A DNA stretch of 63,593 nt, the filler included, from Aduncisulcus paluster (lineage: Eukaryota): assembly GCA_024181965.1 (NCBI GenBank). It is 8 parts of 8 records of this genome, joined end to end, with 100 filler letters (N's around TTAATTAATTAA, not from the genome) between each part and the next. Parts side by side here need not be neighbours in the genome. Positions count along the whole stretch, not along the records: positions 43,956 to 50,105 come from BQXS01011282.1; positions 50,206 to 53,721 come from BQXS01011283.1; positions 53,822 to 59,332 come from BQXS01011285.1; positions 59,433 to 63,593 come from BQXS01011292.1; 4 more parts are not named here. One strand, 5' to 3'. How positions within the stretch are numbered: the first letter of the stretch is position 1; each line of letters starts with the position of its first letter. The notes under the pieces are model-generated. The model saw nothing but the letters and a program-made list of their open reading frames with translations, searched no databases and was not told the DNA's origin. Below are positions 49,001 through 60,089 of this stretch, piece after piece. The translations under genes were made by a program, and so were the position numbers.

Positions 49001-50105
49001 GAGATCAGGTATTAGGGGGAAAATACTCACAAGAAGAGGGAAAACAGAATGGAACAAAAGAAGGGGAATCGAATAGGTTTCATCTTTTTTTACAATGCCT
49101 TCAACACATTCAAATACTCGATCACAGACATCATCGCCACCATTGTGGAAAATATCTTTAAGAGGAGCCACAATCGGTTTAATGAGCGAATATTTCTTTG
49201 ACATGCCCGTAATCTTTTGTTCTTCGTTGGAATATACAAGGACACAACATAATATCATGATACATCGACAAACACGCATGACACACTGATTTAATGGTTG
49301 GGTTGTGAATAGTCGTGGGGGCTTATCTAAATAATCATCGCTTCCAAGTAAATCAGAACCACCAATCTCACGCCAAATATAAACGCATAGCTCACACAGA
49401 ACACGTTTCATCGCAAACAAACGTGCTACTCCCTCAGGGATTTGAGCAGCGCACACAAGTACAGCGATGGTGGCATCAACAGTCTGTGGACACAGTAAGA
49501 GAGATAATATCTGAGTTTCATCGGCAAGATGAAGAGACATAAGCTCCTTTGCAGTGGTTTCATCGGCCATATCTTCTTCAATTTCCATCCTATGGAGAAT
49601 CTCAAAGCGAGAGGAAATATTCGAAGAATGCCCACGGAGTTTCTGCTGCCGTTGCCACAGCCTTTCATCCCGTTCTCTCTGTTTTTCTACGCATCGACAC
49701 ATGGATTCAGCAACTTTTCCGGCTTCTCGTCCTTTCTTTGTACCCAAAGAAGGTCTTGAAAGGAGGGAATGGGATAAAGTAGGAGTCCTAGAAGGCAACG
49801 TGGTTGTGGAAGGGAGGACGAACACACCAGCGGCACTTCTGATCCCAGGAGTTACGGTGGGATCAGCCGATTCAGGCTTCATTCGGAGAACGCCGGAATT
49901 AATCCCAACACTCCCTTCTAATCCGACAGACCTACCAACGGACCTACCAACGGACCTACCAACGGACCTACCTATCGATCTGCCTACAGATCGTTCGATT
50001 GAATGAGAAGGACTCCTTGTGTCCATATGTGTGAAAGATGGTGTTGCTGCTCTCTTGTACCCACTCTTCTCAGAAGGTCCAGCTGAACGATCTCTATTCC
50101 TATTC
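46003..50105 (-). CDS. Armadillo/HEAT-repeat protein, split by a gap with duplicated overlap, probably 5' truncated
   Basis: ALVNLSVPKKCKDEIARLDGV, LRVLCNLSL and CMSNLT are ARM-like helices; (RSVG)n repeats near 49923-49990. Confidence 0.7.
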
Positions 50106-50205
50106 NNNNNNNNNNNNNNNNNNNNNNNNNNNNNNNNNNNNNNNNNNNNTTAATTAATTAANNNNNNNNNNNNNNNNNNNNNNNNNNNNNNNNNNNNNNN
50201 NNNNN

Positions 50206-50384
50206 TGGAGCGAAGAAAAAGTTAGGGTGGATGTCTTCTCTCCAACCCATTTTAAGAAGGAAAGGGTGTCCATAGCATCTGGATATATATTTTTTCCGAC
50301 TCGAACCCTTTTGGGATCACACTGAATTCGGCCATCTCGTCGCTTTCTGGGCCGCCGGCTTCGTCCTTTAACACGAGAGCAGTG
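50206..50384. repeat. Direct copy of Fanzor segment 51243-51421
   Basis: 179 nt match at offset 1037, running into the contig end. Confidence 0.9.
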
Positions 50385-51069
50385 CCGGCAATAGCTCACC
50401 CTTATGACTGACAGTGTGACTTCTTTTCTCGATCTCAAGTAGCAGCTGTTTGATCTTATAAACGGATGGAAGGGTCATATCTTCAGCTTTTGCGGCACTG
50501 TAATACCTCTCATAGGTAGACATAGGTATTTGCCGGCTCATAACCGAGTGAATTATCTCATTTAACAAGAGATTATCGGTATGGGGATAGGGTGGCATCG
50601 ATGGGACAGGGCTTGGTTCATAGTGGAACAATGGTGGTTTTGGAGGCTCAAACTGTGGTGTAAACTCAGGCTCAAACACAGCTTCAGGCGAAAGACTACC
50701 TTCAAACATTGTGGCGCAAGTATGGAGATGATGGGGAAAAGTGGACGGTTGATCTATCTGAGAAGGAGGCAAGGATGGACCAACGAAAAGGCAACCACAA
50801 GAAGGGAAGAGAAAAAGAGGATACTGTATGCAACACCTATCGAGGCCAAGGTCGATAACTTGTAATCTTAAATAATGAAAACAAGTTTCTTGGCAATGCC
50901 AGGCATTAGGTGTGCGGGAACGGAAGGGGTATATCGGAATATGGCAGCGAGCACAATGGATCGAAGATATTGTCCCTGGAATGCTCTCTGCGTTTAGTAA
51001 TAGGGATTCTTCAGGGGGATAGACATCTGTAACCCCAGATTCATTGAAGTATTTAACGGCTTTGAAGAG
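50368..51069 (-). pseudogene. N-terminal fragment of a transposase related to the 41008-43337 family
   Basis: The frame is open from 51069 (longer than the track ORF). SIHCARCH..WHC and EIIHSVMSRQIPMSTYERYY..LPSVYKIK parallel FICQSCRK..FWK and LLIRKVIRREIPETLYTEIY..LPSIKRLK. Confidence 0.55.
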
Positions 51070-51147
51070 ACTACATTAAAGAAATAAGTAAGTCGATAAA
51101 ATAGATTTATAACACTCTGATAATGAGAAAAATTAACAAAGTGGTCC

Positions 51148-52590
51148 CTACAGTTCATCGACAGCTACAATATGATAAGTTCCATGGGGTAAAACAATAT
51201 TAATCGGTCCGCCAGTTGACCCGTGCCTTGTCGATAGTTCTTTGGAGCGAAGAAAAAGTTAGGGTGGATGTCTTCTCTCCAACCCATTTTAAGAAGGAAA
51301 GGGTGTCCATAGCATCTGGATATATATTTTTTCCGACTCGAACCCTTTTGGGATCACACTGAATTCGGCCATCTCGTCGCTTTCTGGGCCGCCGGCTTCG
51401 TCCTTTAACACGAGAGCAGTGTCAGCAATGACAGCTCTGCCAGGGTCAACCCCGAGGCATAATGTAGATGCAGCCTGCACGGAGACGGGGGTGGGAGAGG
51501 AATCCAGGCTTGTAGTCTGCTTGGGGGTGGGAGAGGAAATTAGGCTTGAAAGTGAGGTTTTGTAAATATCCGAGGTTTTTGGCCCCATAACGAGGCGAGC
51601 ACCAACTCCATCGGTTAAAACATAGACGAGCCCCTTGGATTTTCCCCTTTTTAATGTTTTTCGGAGCAAGCTTAGTCCGTATGTTGAAAAGAGATTATTT
51701 TTGGCAGCATTGAGGAGCGAATGAGACAGAGGGAAGAACCTCATCCCGGACTTTGAAGTAGGGAGGATCGGTGGAAGTCTTGGAGGAAGCTTGGGTCTGA
51801 GGCTTAATTGATCATCAATCGGATTGTCAGCAATCAATTGGCCTATCACATTCAATTGGGTCGATATATTTCTTATGGCTGAAAAACCGTTTTTGCATCG
51901 GTCGAGCTTTAGTATATCGCGCCCATAGCGCTGTAATCTTTTTTTATATTTTGGGATGGCTTCAGAGACCCATTGTAACGTGGAAACGGCCATTTGATCG
52001 GCCCAGAAGACAATCGCATCGCTTAAATTATGGGTTGTTCCATAATTCTTTGGGTCGGACCACGACAGTGGGCACAGACTTCCTTTGATTTCTCTACCCC
52101 TCTTCGTTGTGTGAGGTTTTAATATACAACAACAACATTCATCAATTTTTTCCTGTAATGGGAGGGGGAATCCCTTTCTGAGTTTTGGCCGGTTTTGGCC
52201 CGAAGGGGTCGGTAGTCTGTTGCCAAAGAGGGCGTCGCAACATGAGAGGTAAAACTTTGGGGTATACACCCACCTCGTATATTTGTCGGCCATTGAGCCA
52301 GCAACCACGTTTGCTACCAGAGAAGATAGTCTGGTGCAGCGATTCGCTGACAGACATTCCTCTTCGATTCTTTTAAGGTACTGGGGATTAATTATCCGCC
52401 TTATACCGCATTTTATGGTTAGATAGTTTTCTGCTGGGCCTGGATCTACTTCTGGGAGGTGGGGTTCATCGTGATCATCATGTTCAACAAGTTGTTGATG
52501 ATGTCGTCGCTCTGGTATATCGTCCCCATCCCAAATCTTTCCTGATATGTTCAAATTGATCTCTTGTACACATTGATCCGAGCTGATCAC
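51148..52590 (-). pseudogene. Fanzor1 (eukaryotic TnpB-family RNA-guided nuclease), degenerate and truncated
   Basis: TIKC..IEEECLSANR..LVAN; ILP..RFFPL; VLTDGVG; RuvC-I LGVDPGR (51439-51453). In the same frame, after two stops, HGSTGGP..IVAVDE (RuvC-II-like, VDE at 51154-51162). Confidence 0.75.
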
Positions 52591-53423
52591 ATGTTTCTTT
52601 ATGTAACGTATTTCATTAAGGTATCATGATTAGTCTTCTATGTCTCCGAAAGGTGCTGATCATGCCAAGCACATGAAAAAACGCGTTTGGATCTATCCCG
52701 CAATGAGAGGAGAAGTGAAGCTGAATCATCCAAAGGAAGCAATTTCTTCCGATGGTTCATCATTGAATCATGCAGGATTGAATTGAAATTCGAAAAGAGA
52801 ATTTGAAACAAATAAGATGTATGAAGATGAAGTGTTTCACATAGTTCATTCAGAAATCAATCATTGGTTGGTTCGTCGGGAATCATATCCCTGACCTTAA
52901 CCCTCTCGTGTATTTCTTCATCAGGAAGGCCTTCTTCCTTTAATCTTCTGCTGAAAACACCAGGCCATTTTCAGTGGCGCCAATAAGGGATCCAGAGTAT
53001 CGCTTTGGTTCTTAAGAACCTTTACCAGAGAGACATTATACCAGATGACTTGTCCCGATAACATCTCAATGTCATACTCCCAAAACAGCCAAGAATACGA
53101 ACTCGTTTTGAGGTATCAATCCAAGAGAGAGTGTAAATAGCAGATTTCAATATGATCGTCAAAGACAATTCCAATTTGCTCTTCCAAAATGTCCTCCACA
53201 GGGAAACTTTTTTTCGAGAATCCCAACTCAGTTTCAGATTTCGGCAAAAAAATCTCCCAAGTCAGATTTCAAAATGATATCAATTTTGAATCAAAAGTAT
53301 ATCATAAATAAAATATTTAATAATATAACCTTATAAAACTTAATACTTTATTTTTTTCCTTTAAATAACAATATATACTTTCTAATATGGCCACAAAAAC
53401 TACTATCATTTTTGTATAAGAAA

Positions 53424-53721
53424 ATGGAAACGACTCATCATCAGCAACTCGTTAAGGTCAATAAGAACCTAAAAAGGGTCTATCAGTTAACAAAACGTAG
53501 GTTTTCTCAGATGGACACAATGATCCAGTCCACTATTCCAGCCCTCATAACTGGAGAGTTAACTGTTACTGCTGAGAACCTCGAAGCCTTCCTATCCACT
53601 GCTAAATCCTTCTTCACAAGCATCGAGCTCACTTCCAAAAAGATTGCTGTGAGATTACTCGATGCCCTCTGTCAGTATGAGTATGATAGAAAAGACGTGA
53701 AAAACAACCGCAGGTTGCCTG
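53424..53721 (+). CDS. Hypothetical protein, 3' truncated (possibly transposon-derived)
   Basis: Open frame to the contig end; no recognised motif. Confidence 0.4.
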
Positions 53722-53821
53722 NNNNNNNNNNNNNNNNNNNNNNNNNNNNNNNNNNNNNNNNNNNNTTAATTAATTAANNNNNNNNNNNNNNNNNNNNNNN
53801 NNNNNNNNNNNNNNNNNNNNN

Positions 53822-55327
53822 CATGAAAAATTGACAGAATCAGAATTTGTGAAGCTTGCGGCTGAGCGTGATCAACTCGATACTCAACGCGAAGCCATCG
53901 CATCTGAGCGCGATCAACTCGATACTCAACGCGAAGCCATCGCATCTGAGCGCGATCAACTCGATACTCAACGCGAAGCCATCGCATCTGAGCGTGATCA
54001 ACTCGATACTCAACGCGAAGCCATCGCATCTGAGCGTGATCAACTCGATACTCAACGCGAAGCCATCGCATCTGAGCGCGATCAACTTGCTAAAAGTTTG
54101 AAAGAACTTGAAATGGAACGCGCGAGTGTCACTGATTCTCAAAGAGTTCTTAAAGATGAACGAGAGCGTATTGAATCGCTTCAAAAACATCTTGAGGAAG
54201 AACAACGCCGCATTCACTCAACTGTTGAACAACAATGCGCAGCCTTGGAGGAATCTCTTGAAACACAGTTTGCTAAGGAAAAGTCTGCATTTGAGACCGA
54301 AATCGAGGAGTTGCATATTTTGTTAGCTAAAAAAGATGAAAAATTAAAACAAATTGATCTTAGAGATGAAGAAAATTCTCGAATGTTGGAAGAGAAGGAG
54401 AAAAGGCGTGAAAAAGATGATATTCGACGGAAACAAGAAGAGGATAGGGCTCTCCAAGCATTGTATACTCGTCTTGAAGATGAAAGGAAGACTTTGGAAG
54501 AGGAAAGATTGAGGCTTTCGAAGGAGAAGGAAATTTTGGCAATTGAAATGAAGAAGAGGAAAGAGGAAAACGAAGCTAAAGCTCTCGAATTATCGCAGAT
54601 TGAACATTATTTGCAATTGGAAAAGAAATCTCTTACGAAAGAAGACAAACATGAAACAAAGAAAATTGATCATGATAATACACCATCAAAACAATCTCAA
54701 CCTTTAAACCCGGAATTATTAGCAGATATTCGTATTTTGCACACCCAATTGCGTTCTTTGGATGTAGACCCATCCGAAAGAGTGGAATCTGTTGGTTCTT
54801 CATCTCCTTGTTCATCCTCCTCTTCCTTAAGCTCTTCTCAAATTCGAACCAAAGCTGTTTCTCTTCTTCGCAGAGCACATTCAAAGGCATCATATATAGA
54901 AAAAGATGCTCAAAAAGCGGCTCAAATCCGTGCAAACAAAATTATTCGAAATGCTGAAAAAAGACGCGATTGCATTATTGAAGAATATAAAGCTGAAGCA
55001 AAGGAATTAGCAAATGATATCATGAAAAAAATAATTGTCGACGCAAGGGCGAGTGCTGATGAAATACTTCAGCAGGCGCAACTAATGCGAACCAAGATCA
55101 AAGAGGAGCTCAAGAAAGAGATTCGGGAAAAAACTGGAGAAGAGGCTTCTTTAATGTCTTTAGATAGTTTTGGTGGCGAATATACCAAATTAAAATCGTC
55201 AGAAAATCAAGATATTTCGAAAGAAAGAAAATATACCATAAAAGAAACATTATTTCAACCCGATTATTTTATTCATAAAGATTTTCATTCGCCTCCAGTT
55301 TCTCCAAGGCATGAATATCATCAATGA
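53822..55327 (+). CDS. Coiled-coil protein, 5' truncated
   Basis: E/K/R-rich heptads; frame open from the contig start. Confidence 0.8.
   Translation, partial: HEKLTESEFVKLAAERDQLDTQREAIASERDQLDTQREAIASERDQLDTQREAIASERDQLDTQREAIASERDQLDTQREAIASERDQLAKSLKELEMERASVTDSQRVLKDERERIESLQKHLEEEQRRIHSTVEQQCAALEESLETQFAKEKSAFETEIEELHILLAKKDEKLKQIDLRDEENSRMLEEKEKRREKDDIRRKQEEDRALQALYTRLEDERKTLEEERLRLSKEKEILAIEMKKRKEENEAKALELSQIEHYLQLEKKSLTKEDKHETKKIDHDNTPSKQSQPLNPELLADIRILHTQLRSLDVDPSERVESVGSSSPCSSSSSLSSSQIRTKAVSLLRRAHSKASYIEKDAQKAAQIRANKIIRNAEKRRDCIIEEYKAEAKELANDIMKKIIVDARASADEILQQAQLMRTKIKEELKKEIREKTGEEASLMSLDSFGGEYTKLKSSENQDISKERKYTIKETLFQPDYFIHKDFHSPPVSPRHEYHQ
53862..54087 (+). repeat. 42-nt coding tandem repeat (ERDQLDTQREAIAS x5 plus partial)
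   Basis: Directly visible; units differ only at CGT/CGC. Confidence 0.95.
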
Positions 55328-55710
55328 GGGGTTATTACATTAATTCTCTTTGTCAAAGAGTCTTTGGAATACTATTTTGCTGACTTTCTGATTGGAATAA
55401 TCCTTTTACCTATGTATGGCTATTAAAAGATAATTTTTAATAACTTCAATAATTGAAGTTCAATTAATAATGTTCACTTGGATAATTATCCAATGGATAA
55501 TGTCAAAATAAATATTGACTTCTCTTAATTTTCTATATCTGTATTTTTTTGGAAAATATTTTCTTAGAAAATTATTAAATCCTTTTCATAATTATTTTTT
55601 GTTTGATATATGATTTTTAATGTTGGAAAATCTATCGTATAAGTATGGTAGAGCCATTTTTTAAAATGGATTTTATATTTTACATATTATCTACCCAAAA
55701 TTTTGGTTAT

Positions 55711-55793
55711 GATCAGATGGCCGAGTGGTCTAAGGCGATAGATTGCTAATCTATTGTGGTCTCCACGCGCGGGTTCGAATCCCGTTCTGATCG
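55711..55793 (+). tRNA. tRNA-Ser (anticodon GCT)
   Basis: Acceptor GATCAGA/TCTGATC; D arm GGCCGAGTGGTCTAAGGC; anticodon arm ATAGA-TTGCTAA-TCTAT; long variable arm GTGG-TCT-CCAC; GGTTCGAATCC; discriminator G. Confidence 0.97.
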
Positions 55794-55798
55794 TTTTT
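55794..55798 (+). terminator. RNA polymerase III oligo-T terminator
   Basis: TTTTT immediately after the tRNA. Confidence 0.8.
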
Positions 55799-56017
55799 AT
55801 TTTCAGGAATGAAATTTGAAAATCTTTCTTTATCTTTAATTTAACCGTAAAATTTTATTAATATATTGTTCTGTTAATTTAAATATTTTAAAATATTTGT
55901 ATATTTTTAATCAATTTCAGAAATTATTTCTAATCACTATCTTTACGAAAATAAAACTTTAAATGTTTCAATAATTAAATATTGAAAATGCATTGACAAA
56001 AACATTGAGCTAAACAA

Positions 56018-59000
56018 TTACTTAGGTGAATATAAGCCCAATTTAGTGTCAAATTCAAGTCTTCGTTTAGTTTGAATTTGTTTATAAACCTTGAGCCTTC
56101 CTGCACTTGCAACAATCAATACAAGAATATACGAAATTGGCGCCAAAAACAGAATTGATACTAAAATCAAATTCATGCCACAAAACGCATAACATATGAC
56201 AAAACACAATGTACAAAATAGAAAAGGCACTAAAACAACAAAAATAACAGGAGAGTATATCAAATACCTGAAATTCATCAACTCTCCAAAACTCACACCA
56301 TCGATAAGAGACAAAATACAGGAAAAAGACCCCGATATCAATAAACAAAGACCATTCATAATTAAGATTGGAGGAAATGAAGAAATCTCTTCTTCAATAG
56401 AAAATATTTTTGAGTGAATTGGAATATTCTCACGAGGTTGGGAAAGGAAAAAGCAAGAGAAAGAAGGAATAATGAGAATGCCCATCGCAACTATTTTTAG
56501 AATTTGAGAATATTGAATAGAAGCCAACCAACGCTTTGGAATTGGTCTATCTTGGGTTGGAATATGTTCGATCAAAGCTGAGGAAGGAGGAAGGAACAAT
56601 GAAACAATTGAGAGTGCAAATAAAAGGACAACGAAAAATATTGCTATTAAGACTGGGGAAGAGAGGAATGTCAAGCATGGATGGAGGAAATGACACGCTA
56701 TAAAACTTGTCAACCAGTCTTTTGTATCAAGGAAGTGTTCTGATGAACTACTACAGACATGGTTTGCTACCGAGGAGCTATCTTCCAAAGAAAAGGGTTC
56801 CAAAGTCTTGGATATGAACATAAATATGAGACAGATTGAAATTATTATTATGGATCTTTGTTGCTCTCGTCTCAAGCGACGGATACGAAGGACGAAGGCT
56901 TTAGATTGAATCAGAGAATGGGACAGGCCTCGAATATCCCCACAACACAATCCGCTGACACACCGGATACTTGCAGCAGAAAATAAGGATCCAGAAAAGG
57001 AAAGAGATTTGAAGGAATTTGTGGAAGTCGTCGAATGAGTTGAAATGTCACCTGACTGTTTTTTCTTTGATAGAAGTGAATTATCTTTGCCTTTTGGAGA
57101 TCCGGAACGAGAAGATCCCCGGGATGAAGGTCTTGAAACCCTGCTCATGCGCCTTTGGAATCCATTAGGAGTCAAAATATTGCTTGATAGTGGTTTTTCA
57201 CGAGGCCTTGAAGAGTGTATGAGGGTATTCTGAAGAATAGGTGCGATTGTAAGTGGTAGAGGAGATGATAAACAATTGGTTATAGATAAACATGATCCAA
57301 CTGTGATCGATCTAACACCATTATCCTTGAACACATCTCGAAGGCTACATGCCTTGGCTGGTGAAGAGTCTGAGAACAATTGAACGAGAAGGGGAACGTC
57401 ATCAACCTCAGAAATATGTTGCTTAACAGCCTCAACACCTCGAGGTAACCGGGCACATTCACTGTCATCTCTACGCTCAGCCTGCACACGTCGGAGTGAA
57501 ATTGAACTGTTCCAGGAAGTATCAATACCGACCTGTTGGCCAAGACTCTGTGTTCTTCGATCGCAAAGAGGAGAAAGGAGAACAAAACGCATTCCAAGCT
57601 TTCCCATATCTTCTGTGCAAGACTGTGATACCCTTGTTGTCGGAACATGCATGGATATTGATCCAAGTAGAATGAGATTCCTCAACCAAAATCTGGCAGG
57701 CCGAGGAATTTTTTTCTTCAGAGCGAGTCTGGCCTTGTGTGAGAAGGAAAGACGAGTTGGCTCCAGAATGCTACATTGCATAGGTTTATCCTTCCTTAAA
57801 AATGTACTGACGGTAAGAGCTCGTTTTGAGAAGGGAATAACCCCCATGCAAACACACAATGTAACCTGGTCATGAATGAATTGAGCATCATTACAATGTT
57901 TTAATAGCGGAGATATGGAGGTGTCTGACACAGAATAAAGTACTTTTTCACCATTGAATACGCCATCACAACATAATATGACAAGGTGTGGGGTTCCACG
58001 GACAAAAACATAGAAATCAGATGTTGTTTTGTGTTTGGCCACAACTGTATGTAATACAGGCCTTGAAGAATGGCTCAGCCTAGCAATGGCATAATCATCC
58101 TTGCTGTATATTGGATCATGGACAATGATTCGAATTGAACCAATGATATCATACTTACTGGCAGCACCTATATCACCTTGCATACTCAGAGCAAAGTTTC
58201 TAATGCAACTTTCCTCTTGATAGGGAATCGTTGCATCCATTGTGGAACCTCTACGTCTAATGAATCGTGAGTTCAACACATGGAAAAAAGGGAGTGGGAA
58301 GAGAAGAGGCAGTGATAGAGCATGTAGTGAACGCTGAAGGAAAGAAGAGGATGTGGGAATATTTGGAGAGAAGGAGAAGGGAGATAGAGGGTCATGGGAA
58401 TAATCAACAATTTCCCACGATAGGTGTCTCGATGTTTGGACCAGAGAACTGACAGTAGGTTTGTCAGAGTCATCTTTTTGAGGAGCCGATAAACGAGGAG
58501 TAGAAAACAAGGAACCAACAGGGGAGTCTTTCTTTGATTCAATTGGAGATGCGTTGGAGATGGAAGGAGAAGGAAATATCTTGGATTTGTCATCATAAAG
58601 ATCAATAACATCACGTTTCTCCTCTTTTTCAATTGCAACTCCATCATGCGGCTGTGGAATTTTGATCATATCTTGTGTGGAAGAGGAAGAAGAAGAGGAG
58701 GAAGAGGTGCTTATATCATCTTCGTAACTTTCACCTTCCTCTTCTTCATCGACCTCAGACTCATTCACACAGACGCACACGGAGGCAGGAATCGGTGCAG
58801 AGTGAGTAAGAATACCATCATAATCCAAAAATAGAACAGAATTGACGTTTCCATAAATAAATAGAAGAGATGGACAATATGGGGTAGTGTGAAAAAGAGG
58901 CTCCAAAAGGCTTGATGAGGAAGCATGAAATATTGATTTTTTCATCACAATTCCTCGCTCTTCCTTTTCAAGGAAAAAATCAAGAACCTTAGAAATAAGT

Positions 59001-59332
59001 ATCAAAGGGGAAAACATAATATGAAGAAGAATGGGCAAAATGATTTTCTTTTTCCTTGGCATGCTATTTCTTTTCATATTAACGGATTTCAGTTTCATAT
59101 TGACAGATTGTGCAGTTTCGTCCCACAAAAAGTGAAGTCTCCAGGAAAATAGTTTCAATCTCATTACTACACATCGAAATATCCTCCGTATAAGTGAAAA
59201 GAATGGTGGAATAGTGAGAGATTCCATTTCTTTCAGTTTATCCAGAGTATGTTGAACGGTTGAAGAGGTTGGTGTGGAGGAGGACGCTGACCCCATAATA
59301 TGAGAGAAATGGAATGAAGATGAGCTTGATGT
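56018..59332 (-). CDS. TMEM94: TMEM94-like P-type-ATPase-related membrane protein, probably 5' truncated
   Basis: MRFVLLS..VGIDTSWNSSISL..ARLPRGVEAVKQHISEVDDVPLLVQLFSD..TVGS matches the TMEM94 core. VLFLDYDGILT replaces the DKxG motif. Frame open up to the gap. Confidence 0.8.
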   Translation of the reverse strand, partial: TSSSSSFHFSHIMGSASSSTPTSSTVQHTLDKLKEMESLTIPPFFSLIRRIFRCVVMRLKLFSWRLHFLWDETAQSVNMKLKSVNMKRNSMPRKKKIILPILLHIMFSPLILISKVLDFFLEKEERGIVMKKSIFHASSSSLLEPLFHTTPYCPSLLFIYGNVNSVLFLDYDGILTHSAPIPASVCVCVNESEVDEEEEGESYEDDISTSSSSSSSSSTQDMIKIPQPHDGVAIEKEEKRDVIDLYDDKSKIFPSPSISNASPIESKKDSPVGSLFSTPRLSAPQKDDSDKPTVSSLVQTSRHLSWEIVDYSHDPLSPFSFSPNIPTSSSFLQRSLHALSLPLLFPLPFFHVLNSRFIRRRGSTMDATIPYQEESCIRNFALSMQGDIGAASKYDIIGSIRIIVHDPIYSKDDYAIARLSHSSRPVLHTVVAKHKTTSDFYVFVRGTPHLVILCCDGVFNGEKVLYSVSDTSISPLLKHCNDAQFIHDQVTLCVCMGVIPFSKRALTVSTFLRKDKPMQCSILEPTRLSFSHKARLALKKKIPRPARFWLRNLILLGSISMHVPTTRVSQSCTEDMGKLGMRFVLLSPLCDRRTQSLGQQVGIDTSWNSSISLRRVQAERRDDSECARLPRGVEAVKQHISEVDDVPLLVQLFSDSSPAKACSLRDVFKDNGVRSITVGSCLSITNCLSSPLPLTIAPILQNTLIHSSRPREKPLSSNILTPNGFQRRMSRVSRPSSRGSSRSGSPKGKDNSLLSKKKQSGDISTHSTTSTNSFKSLSFSGSLFSAASIRCVSGLCCGDIRGLSHSLIQSKAFVLRIRRLRREQQRSIIIISICLIFMFISKTLEPFSLEDSSSVANHVCSSSSEHFLDTKDWLTSFIACHFLHPCLTFLSSPVLIAIFFVVLLFALSIVSLFLPPSSALIEHIPTQDRPIPKRWLASIQYSQILKIVAMGILIIPSFSCFFLSQPRENIPIHSKIFSIEEEISSFPPILIMNGLCLLISGSFSCILSLIDGVSFGELMNFRYLIYSPVIFVVLVPFLFCTLCFVICYAFCGMNLILVSILFLAPISYILVLIVASAGRLKVYKQIQTKRRLEFDTKLGLYSPK

Positions 59333-59432
59333 NNNNNNNNNNNNNNNNNNNNNNNNNNNNNNNNNNNNNNNNNNNNTTAATTAATTAANNNNNNNNNNNN
59401 NNNNNNNNNNNNNNNNNNNNNNNNNNNNNNNN

Positions 59433-59672
59433 CCATGGTGTTGAAATCGATAAAATGCTAACTTCCTGAGGCGTCAATGTCGTAGGATCAGATTTTTTTA
59501 TCTTTTCATATTTTTGAAGGCATTTTAAGTGTCGTTTTCGGAAATCCTTTAGATTCTTTGATGTTTGAGCACCTTTTTCATGAAGCAAGCAGTATGGAGC
59601 GTAATTTGAAGTAGTTTCAACTTCTAATTTAACAATTTTCGTATTGCTATCATCACTTTGTCTCTCTGCCAT
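59433..59672 (-). CDS. Hypothetical protein, 5' fragment
   Basis: ATG 59672 with an A-rich context; frame open to the contig end. Confidence 0.45.
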
Positions 59673-60089
59673 TTTGTACTATGATGAGTCGAATTCAGAA
59701 GGACAATTTATTGTTAGCAAGATACTTTTTGTATCATACTGTTTTGGAGATATACGTTTTTCTAACTGGGCGAAATAAAAGAATTTGTTATTGATTTTGC
59801 TATTTTATTCTGTATTATGACATCTTCCTTTGGTATAAATATTTGAAAGCGGATTTTCCTTTTGCAGAGTAAATTTTCGCTCGCAGAATCGAAATTCCAT
59901 TCTCATGACCCCCTGAAAATTTTCGTAGTGTCATTGAGAAAATGGCTTTGGGCAAATCATTTTTTTGATTATTATATAAAAATAAATACATATTACCATA
60001 TCAAGTTTATTTATCACGTAAATAATTCTATAGAAATAGTTCTCACGCCTAGATGGAGGCCGAGCTTGTTTTGCTGCTATTATAAAGTA

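Noticed and set aside
53862-54087. Regular repeat array as possible CRISPR
   Set aside because: No unique spacers; in-frame 14-aa coiled-coil repeat.
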